A DNA stretch of 64,000 nucleotides from Ostreococcus lucimarinus (taxonomy: Eukaryota). Below, piece after piece: positions 57,498-64,000 of the stretch. Position 1 is the first letter of the stretch, and every line of letters begins with the position of its first letter. The notes beneath the pieces were generated by a model, which made no database searches, was not told the origin of the DNA, and saw only the letters and a list, made by a program, of their open reading frames with translations. The translations under genes and the position numbers were made by a program. The stretch lies in NCBI GenBank assembly GCA_000092065.1, contig CP000584.1. One strand, written 5' to 3'.

Positions 57498-58999
57498 TTA
57501 ATCATCCATAGTGTTGTACATGGAGAAGTCTGGCATCGATGCCGATGATACCAGACCCTTCTTCATTTTTCGCATAGATGGCGGCGCGCGCAAGCCCTTG
57601 TCAAGGCCAAGCTCAGCGATTTTATCGCGTTCTTCTTCGGCTTCGCGTGCGTCGTCGTCGTCCGACTGGCCCGCGGCTTCTCGAATCTTTGATAAATCCG
57701 GCACAGAGCTAACCTTGACGAACTTGCCCTTGACTCGCGGGCGGTTGTCAGCGCATGCTTTGCGCGATTGATACCGAATCACCTTGTTGAAGTTTCGATT
57801 CTTCCTCTTTTCCTTCCATCGTTTCAATCGCTCGAGACGCGTCTGCGGCTGCGGTAACCCGGCGTACGTATCCGATCCCGAAGGTGGGCCTTCTGGAATC
57901 GAGCGTAACGCGTCAGCCATCGCAGAATGTCCATTCGCATCCCCTGCGCCGCTCGATGCGACCGTCTGATTGTCCAAATCGCTCTCGGGTTCGCGTTTGA
58001 CAGCCACCGCGCTCAGCTTCCCCGCGAGAGATTCAAAACCCATATCGCTAGACTCAGGCGATGGCGAGCCGAACGCGCCGTACGATGGATTCAATTCTAA
58101 AAACCGCACCGCAGAATCGTCCAAAATTGGACCTAAAAAGCCGCTCGACGAGGCATACTCGCCGACCCGACGTAACGCCTCGATTTCGCTCTTCGACATC
58201 CCCACCGAGTCGCTATACTTGCTTCCCGATCGCTCCCCGTCGATTTCTCGATTCACCACCCCATCCTTCGCCGCATCTTCATCATCGAGCGGGTCCCTCA
58301 AGAAGCTCTCCGGATCGATCCCATCAGCGTCAAGCTCGCCCAAATTCTCGTCCCAAAACGCTCCGTCCAACGTTTCCACCGGAAACGACGACGACGGCAT
58401 CATGGGATTACTCAAATACTCATCGCATATCCCGATCACATCATCCGTCGTCACCTCAACGTCATCGCCGTCGCCGTACGCATCGCTCATCCGTCTCGAA
58501 TCCGCATCCTCCGCGCCGTGCGCGCCGACCCCTCGCCCGTTCGTCCCGAGCGCCGTGCGCTCGTGCTTACTCGCGATCGCGTTCGCCGCGTGCACGCGCG
58601 CATCGCACGCATCGCACAGGTACGCCTGCGTCACCGTCGTTCGCACCACCGTCAGTCGTCGCGCGCGTCTTCGCGCGCGCTTTCGTCGCCGCGCGTCGTC
58701 CGAACGTCCCCGTTCGTCGTCGTCGTCTTATCGTTATCCGAAGCGCCATCCTCTCCGACCGCGCCTCGCCGCCGCGCGTCGCGCGCGCGCGTCCCGCGCG
58801 TCGTCGACGCGTCGCGAGCGCGTCGTCTCCCGGTCACCGCGCGCGCCGTCGCGCGCACCTCGTCCTGCGCGCAGTACCAACTCGCCGCGCGCCGCGCGCC
58901 TTCGGGACACGATTCGCACGCGGCGCCCGTCGCGTCGCGCGTCGCGTCCTCGGCGCGCGCGCGATCGGACGCGCTCGCGCGCGCGTCGCTCGGCGCCAT
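57498..58999 (-). CDS. CONSTANS-like B-box / CCT-domain protein, 2 exons (58999..58859, 58625..57498)
   Basis: The CCT motif is RLERLKRWKEKRKNRNFNKVIRYQSRKACADNRPRVKGKFVK. The B-box is restored only after splicing: CESCPEGARRAASWYCAQDE|AYLCDACDARVHAANAIASKHER. The track shows it as two separate ORFs (58652..58999 and 57498..58649). Confidence 0.9.
58626..58858 (-). other. Spliceosomal intron (GT-AG, 233 nt, phase 0)
   Basis: Donor GAC GAG|GTGCGCGCG (GT at 58858-58857). Branch-like GACGACTGACGGT. Acceptor GACGCAG| (AG at 58627-58626). Confidence 0.85.
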
Positions 59000-59329
59000 G
59001 CGTCGCGCGAGCGCCGTGCGCGCGCGTGTGCGCGGCGCGCGCGGCGCGCGCGCGCGTAACGACTCGAGACCCGGGAGTCGGGCATCGGCGCGCGGTCCGA
59101 CCGACCGCCGAGCCGAGTCATCAACTCAATCCATCGCGGCGAACCAGGATGCGCCGCCTGCACTCGTCGCCGCGCGCGCCGACGCCGACGAAGCGTAGCG
59201 AACGTCGTGAACGTCGTTAACGTCGCGCTCCGCGCCCCCGCGCGCCGTCGTCGCGGCCCCGGTTCGACGTCGCGACGCGCGACGCGCGCGAACAGTTGAC
59301 GGTTAAGAAAAAGTCGCGCTTTGGCGGCG

Positions 59330-62300
59330 ATGCGCGCCCGGTTCGCGCGCGGCGCGTCGATGTCGGCGCTTCTGCTCGCGCTGTGCGCTTTGGCGTCGCT
59401 CTTAGGCGTCGCTCGGGGCGGTGGTTCGCCGTCGCCGTCCCCCGTGCACTGTTCGGCGAGGTGGATCGACGTCAACAAAGGGGGCTGCCCAAGCTGCGGA
59501 CCAGGCACGTATAGTAAGCGATACCAAATCGATCGCGATCCCGCGTACGATGGACGACGGTGTCCTCATGTCAACGGGCATGTGTCTTATGGACATGATT
59601 GCGAGGCACCGCCATGTCCGCCGCCGCCGCCATCGCCGCCGCCGCCGTCGCCACCGCCGCCGCCGCCGGGACAGTTTGTTCCCGTGCAGGTATCCATCAA
59701 CGATCCCGTGCCGAGAGTGTCAGATGCGTACGACTTTCACATTCTCACCTCACATCCTTCGTGCGATTCACAAAACGATTGTTTTGAGAGTCACATCGAG
59801 ACGGACGTGAGCGAGCATCACGTCGGACTCAGGTGCGACGTCACCGTGCAAAAGAAGGACCAAGTTTGTGCGACATTCGGTCGTCACATGCCTTGCAGGC
59901 TGTGGAATGACTTTTATCCAACAACTTTAACCCTCACGGATGAGCATGGTGACATCGTCGAAGGCGATTACGTCATTGAGTATGAATGCTACTTTGAACT
60001 CGCAAACGGCGAGCTCGTACCTGAGCCGACCAAGGTGAAGAAGACGCTGCACGAGTTCAGCGTATCCAAAGGGTGCGATTTGAAAATGAATTTGAATCGA
60101 GATTCCAAAGCAGAGCTCGCGGCGTATCTCCTCAGTGGCGCCGATGAATTCAATATCGCTGACTGCTCGAGTTTGAAGAGTATTTACGCCGCGAAGGAGG
60201 CCGTGTTCCGTATTTTCGATTCAAACCCGACAGATGGCCGACTCGATCACGAAGAAATCCTCATCGGTGTTGAGGCACACAGCATGGATACACAGATAGT
60301 GAATCATTGGAAGGACATCGTCGACGCTGAGGGTGGCGATGGACTGTTCCTCACACTTTCGAACTTCATGTCGGCAGACATCGCGCCTCGCGGTTGTCAA
60401 TCCGGCGCCGGTGACGTCGTGACGTTCACGGAGGCGACGTATCCAACGAGTGATCCTGGACGTGAAACGGGATCCAGGCAATGCGGAGAGATGGCGGGAT
60501 CTATGAAGACCACGTGGTCGTTTCCTCGATCAATGCAACTCGGCGATTGGTCGTGCGTATACATCGACGGGCTTTTGTACAGTCAATTGCTCGCCCAAAC
60601 GAGCCGAAACGCCGTATCGATGCAGAACAGCGTGACAGATATTCGCCCTGTCATTGGCTCTTTTCATGATGCAGAGCAATCTCTCGCTGCGCATTTCACG
60701 TTCGCAGGCGTGTCAAACGCAAGGCTGATTTCTTCAGAATCGCCGCGGGCGGATGGCCAAGAAGTGGTTCCAACCCTCTCCATCGATGATACGTATACAG
60801 GTAGTCTGCGAGTCTTCACGGCTTCTCAACACGGTAAACACGGGGCGTGCCTGAACAGCTGCCAAGGTTGTACCTTCCATTCGTACAAGTACATTGGGGA
60901 ACCGTTCAAGAATGATTTTGCCGTGTCGATGCAAATATTCATTCCTACACAGCTTTCGAGCAATTCTGGCTTTCGGAAGAAGTCGGAACCTCTCATGAGC
61001 TTCACTTCAGATGCATCTGGTAGTATGCAGCACAGCATCAAGTTACGATTGGGCACGGCACTCTCGAAGTTTTCACTTCAATTTATACATGAAAAAGTAA
61101 ACAGCGTGACGGGTCATCGAGATGAGCTATCAGAGCCCATTCCTCTGGGTGCGTTTGGACGCTGGACGTCAATTGGATTTTCTTTCCACCCAAAAGATGG
61201 TCTCACGTTGTACAGGTTCAGCGTTGAGGGAGGTAGGGTAACACATGAAATCAAGGTGCCGAGCAATAACGATGAGTGGAAATCGAGACTGCGAGACACG
61301 TTGCATTTGATGCACCGTCGTGAATTTTTCAAAGAGAACCGAATAGAATACGACGATCTTCGCGTGTACACTGGCCGAGTAAAGAACAACACATTCATAG
61401 ACGCGTATAAGTGCGACGCGTTGGGTGCTCAGTGTGCACCTCGAGCACACGCAACGCCAAACTCACGTCGCGTCGTATGTGTCATGCTGGATGTCCACGA
61501 CAGTAGTGGAGGAGACGCCCGTGCGCCGTATTCCTGCACCGGTGCCCTGTACTACGACGGCGGCGCCATTGAAGTGCGCGCGAAAATGGATCTCACTGGA
61601 GTCGCATTCGAATTCCGCGACACGGCTTGGCACGAATCATCTTTTGAAATCTTGCGACGCACGCACGATCCAAGTGGCGATAACGCGTTTGATACAGTCG
61701 TACTCGTTGACGGTGGTTTGAACGGCTGTGCGTCGATGTTTTCGTCGATTACGTATCTCGACCGAGAGGCTGGTCAGCAGCCCAACTCTCGCTGGCAGTA
61801 CAAGATCAAAACAAAGACGGACGATGTCGATGTAAGCTTTTTGTCGCTCACTACTCATTTTAAAACGCCTTGGATTGGTCAAATTGTGGGCGAAGTGATG
61901 GCCGGTAAGTCGGTTGTTCCTGTTGGCGAAGTCCGCATTTGCGCAGACTTCGTGAAGCCCAACGGTACTTTTCTGATGTATCGCAGTCACAATCACTCTA
62001 ATCTGGCTTTGCACATGCCCGTCGTTCACACATCTAATCTCACTATCTCAGCAGAACAACAGGCGCATCGAGCTACGGACGGCTTACACTTGAAGCCTGA
62101 CTCGATTCGTGTCGCAAGAGGACAGTATTTGCGCGTCAACCTCGACTATTGGAGCGCAATACAAGAGGTCGAAGTGTGCACCGCAACCGGAGAGAACAAT
62201 TTCAGAACTTTCGTGCGGGAGTTCGATCCGGGATACTCTGTGAATCACGGTCACGAGTGCAAATTACGAGAAACTAACGCAACCCAAACTTTCAGCGCAT

Positions 62301-64000
62301 CGCGCGTGACTTGCTTCTTCTTCACCTGTCGGGGCTCAAAGCTTACGACATTGCATGGTCAGTTCGTAACCGCAGCCGTCGAAGAAGGCGACGACGTGAG
62401 AATGACGCAAATTCGTGTTGTTGGTCAGCGTGGCAGATGCACGTTCACGGCGATAAGTGATGACGATGGGCGCTATGCAATCGATGTACTCGATCGCTCC
62501 GGGAACGTCCCCGTCAAGGCGAATATGCTCATCGGCGCGTATAAGGAAGAAGTTTTTGGTGAAGAATTCGAAGTTCCCCTCCTGGATACGAGCGATTCAG
62601 ATGGCGATGATGATTCGCTAAACGTTCCGACGCGAGTGTTACTCGTACTTCGTCGAAAGAACAGTTCGCTTGCGGCGCGTCTCGGGCATGAAGTCCCGGA
62701 TTACAGCAGCTCCTACTACGACGGCGAAACGCATCAGTATCTGGATCAACATGGATATAGTCCACCGTATGGCAGCTCCTACTACGACGGCGAAACGCAT
62801 CAGTATCCGGATCAACATGGATACAGTCCACCGTTCGGCAACACGCCATATGTGCACACTATTTACGATAACGCCTACGATTCAGGCGTTCCTGCCGCCA
62901 AAGTAGAGTTCCAAAGTTTGACGAATTTACGTCTGGAAAACACAACTCTTATGAAGAAAGATGGAGTTGCTGATGGTTGGAATGCAGGGGGGTCCTCGAA
63001 TCAGTCAATGTTTAATGTCACGGGTCGTTTTACTGGAATGGACGCGGTTGAGGGTATCAGGGTCGAATGCTCCTGCGATGATGGCGAATATGTCGTTGGT
63101 TTGAGCTACGCAGAGCACATAGCTAACTTTTCCAAAGCAGCGACCGAATTTGCCATTCACTGTCGTGGTAAAGGCTATGAGCCAGCCATCATTTCAGGTG
63201 GTCGCTCTTACGCAAATTCAAATAACTATCGGATGGCCATGGAGACGAGACCATCGCATCACATGACGGATCTATACGATGTGTACCAGTCAACTGACAT
63301 CACATCTTCGCCACCCATCTCCACGGCGAATGATTTCTCATATGCAGCAGCGCAGAGGCGACTACTGGCTCCAACGAGTTCGTACCCTGCAAGAAGCCCG
63401 ACGTCAAACGAGTATCCAACGACGAGCCCGACGCCAAGCAGTCAATTATTGAACTCTTATCCTCAGTCGTATGATGCGCAAACGAATGAGTATCCTCAGT
63501 CGTATGATGCGACGACGTCTACTTATTTTCCACCCTACCACATCGATGACTATCTCGATCGAGGCTATCGTTCAAACATGTGTATGAAGAAGACATTCAC
63601 CATTAAACTTACACGCAGTGGGCGTGTTTTGTTTTATGAAACGCAAGGCCATTGGCTGTACGATCATCCGGTGCAGCATGAAAATTTTCACCATACTCAG
63701 ACGTGGCAAACTGGTGGACAGTCGCCGCCGTACGGCTACACGGAGCAAACGCCACCGTACGGCTACGCGGAGCAAACGCCGCCGTACTCTGCGCGCGACA
63801 AGTCTTCCCTGGGCGCACATGCCGACGTTTCGCACACGGGCCAAGCTTTGCATGAGTACCATGAACCTGCTCAACTCATAGTACCGGTCGCGTACGCAGA
63901 AAGAGCACACAGCCCCTTGTTTGTGCGAATGGTGGTAATTTCACAAAATGTGACGCTGAGCGACGCCGACATACGTTGGACAGTGCCGACTCCCTCACCG
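59330..64000 (+). CDS. Giant secreted multidomain protein, 5' 1557 codons (3' end beyond the window); NOT in the supplied ORF track
   Basis: I translated frame 2 codon by codon. There is no stop from the TGA at 59297-59299 to nt 64000, and the ATG is at 59330. The signal peptide is MRARFARGASMSALLLALCALASLLGVARG. A Cys-rich TSP1-like module follows (CSARW...CPSCGPGTYSKRY...CP...CEAPPCP), then a PPPPPSPPPPSPPPPPP hinge and a LamG/ConA-like segment. The last 1.3 kb carries Tyr/Pro-rich tandem repeats. Confidence 0.85.
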   Translation, partial: MRARFARGASMSALLLALCALASLLGVARGGGSPSPSPVHCSARWIDVNKGGCPSCGPGTYSKRYQIDRDPAYDGRRCPHVNGHVSYGHDCEAPPCPPPPPSPPPPSPPPPPPGQFVPVQVSINDPVPRVSDAYDFHILTSHPSCDSQNDCFESHIETDVSEHHVGLRCDVTVQKKDQVCATFGRHMPCRLWNDFYPTTLTLTDEHGDIVEGDYVIEYECYFELANGELVPEPTKVKKTLHEFSVSKGCDLKMNLNRDSKAELAAYLLSGADEFNIADCSSLKSIYAAKEAVFRIFDSNPTDGRLDHEEILIGVEAHSMDTQIVNHWKDIVDAEGGDGLFLTLSNFMSADIAPRGCQSGAGDVVTFTEATYPTSDPGRETGSRQCGEMAGSMKTTWSFPRSMQLGDWSCVYIDGLLYSQLLAQTSRNAVSMQNSVTDIRPVIGSFHDAEQSLAAHFTFAGVSNARLISSESPRADGQEVVPTLSIDDTYTGSLRVFTASQHGKHGACLNSCQGCTFHSYKYIGEPFKNDFAVSMQIFIPTQLSSNSGFRKKSEPLMSFTSDASGSMQHSIKLRLGTALSKFSLQFIHEKVNSVTGHRDELSEPIPLGAFGRWTSIGFSFHPKDGLTLYRFSVEGGRVTHEIKVPSNNDEWKSRLRDTLHLMHRREFFKENRIEYDDLRVYTGRVKNNTFIDAYKCDALGAQCAPRAHATPNSRRVVCVMLDVHDSSGGDARAPYSCTGALYYDGGAIEVRAKMDLTGVAFEFRDTAWHESSFEILRRTHDPSGDNAFDTVVLVDGGLNGCASMFSSITYLDREAGQQPNSRWQYKIKTKTDDVDVSFLSLTTHFKTPWIGQIVGEVMAGKSVVPVGEVRICADFVKPNGTFLMYRSHNHSNLALHMPVVHTSNLTISAEQQAHRATDGLHLKPDSIRVARGQYLRVNLDYWSAIQEVEVCTATGENNFRTFVREFDPGYSVNHGHECKLRETNATQTFSASRVTCFFFTCRGSKLTTLHGQFVTAAVEEGDDVRMTQIRVVGQRGRCTFTAISDDDGRYAIDVLDRSGNVPVKANMLIGAYKEEVFGEEFEVPLLDTSDSDGDDDSLNVPTRVLLVLRRKNSSLAARLGHEVPDYSSSYYDGETHQYLDQHGYSPPYGSSYYDGETHQYPDQHGYSPPFGNTPYVHTIYDNAYDSGVPAAKVEFQSLTNLRLENTTLMKKDGVADGWNAGGSSNQSMFNVTGRFTGMDAVEGIRVECSCDDGEYVVGLSYAEHIANFSKAATEFAIHCRGKGYEPAIISGGRSYANSNNYRMAMETRPSHHMTDLYDVYQSTDITSSPPISTANDFSYAAAQRRLLAPTSSYPARSPTSNEYPTTSPTPSSQLLNSYPQSYDAQTNEYPQSYDATTSTYFPPYHIDDYLDRGYRSNMCMKKTFTIKLTRSGRVLFYETQGHWLYDHPVQHENFHHTQTWQTGGQSPPYGYTEQTPPYGYAEQTPPYSARDKSSLGAHADVSHTGQALHEYHEPAQLIVPVAYAERAHSPLFVRMVVISQNVTLSDADIRWTVPTPSP
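62708..62839 (+). repeat. In-frame 66-bp tandem duplication (SSYYDGETHQY[L/P]DQHGYSPP[Y/F]G x2)
   Basis: Copies at 62708-62773 and 62774-62839 differ at 4 positions (ctg/ccg, tat/tac, tat/ttc). The mirrored peptides in track ORFs 62529..62849(-) and 62670..62906(+) reflect the same repeat. Confidence 0.95.
63458..63511 (+). repeat. 21-bp motif repeated at 33-bp period (TATCCTCAGTCGTATGATGCG; YPQSYDA x2)
   Basis: Exact copies at 63458-63478 and 63491-63511 within the giant ORF. Confidence 0.9.
63725..63787 (+). repeat. 27-bp in-frame tandem repeat (PPYGY[T/A]EQT x2 plus partial)
   Basis: The sequence is ccgccgtacggctacacggagcaaacg / ccaccgtacggctacgcggagcaaacg / ccgccgtac. It generates reiterated PPY (PPxY-like) motifs. 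Confidence 0.9.

Noticed and set aside
59500-64000. Lower-GC block at the right end, considered as a horizontally acquired island or outlier-chromosome region
   Set aside because: The same mid-GC composition occurs inside other long genes in the window (BEACH, TERT, HAC, TFIIIC; for example 26/60 G/C at 19441-19500). The drop therefore tracks long gene bodies rather than a foreign island. It cannot be judged from one window.
1-64000. Prokaryotic reading of the window (operons, defence islands, terminators)
   Set aside because: The gene content is eukaryotic: TERT, CBP/p300, BEACH, GCP2, TFIIIC and a CONSTANS-like gene. GT-AG introns and organelle transit peptides are present. There are no Shine-Dalgarno-spaced operon structures, so bacterial-system interpretations do not apply.

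Overview
The window is high-GC, very gene-dense eukaryotic nuclear DNA, not prokaryotic. I support about 37 protein-coding genes on both strands in 64 kb. Spacers are short, many genes sit head-to-head, and the few introns are short. Gene content is green-lineage: a plastid-type sigma-70 factor, stearoyl-ACP desaturase, a CONSTANS-like B-box/CCT protein, a plant-type HAC (CBP/p300) acetyltransferase, and several transit-peptide-like N-termini. Density and composition resemble a prasinophyte (Mamiellophyceae, Micromonas/Ostreococcus-type) chromosome, but that assignment is inference only. I found no rRNA, tRNA, CRISPR array or transposon.

Recognisable genes, in order:
- KMO-like monooxygenase (partial), mu-like GST, an NRPS-like A-T-ankyrin protein, a DNAJC9-like J protein, a WD40 protein and an IPT/TIG secreted protein.
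- An EF-hand membrane protein, a 2974-aa BEACH protein, the TFIIIC TPR subunit, HAC, CDP-DAG synthase, a methyltransferase and TERT.
- An RRM-CCCH protein, a cyt-b5 sphingolipid-type desaturase, stearoyl-ACP desaturase, adenylate kinase, GCP2, an ABCG half-transporter and malic enzyme.
- The sigma factor, a UPF0126 membrane protein, a SlyD-like FKBP, GLTP and the CONSTANS-like gene.

Main observations from reading the sequence directly:
1. A 4.67-kb stop-free ORF (59330 to the window end) is absent from the supplied ORF track. It encodes a giant signal-peptide protein with Cys-rich, Pro-rich, lectin-like and Tyr/Pro-repeat segments.
2. Six short introns share a near-invariant GTGCG donor and ACTGACG branch motif. 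They repair several gene models that the ORF track shows only as fragments (HAC KIX exons, the CONSTANS-like B-box, the adenylate kinase P-loop exon, the SAD transit-peptide exon and the 1850 gene).
3. Gene juxtapositions are extremely tight: same-strand stop-to-ATG gaps of 6-7 nt, and divergent start codons overlapping on CATG.
4. Composition is inverted relative to most genomes: 5' ends and intergenic DNA run about 75-80% GC, while long gene bodies run about 45-55%. This produces many long Arg/Ala-rich shadow ORFs, which I reject.
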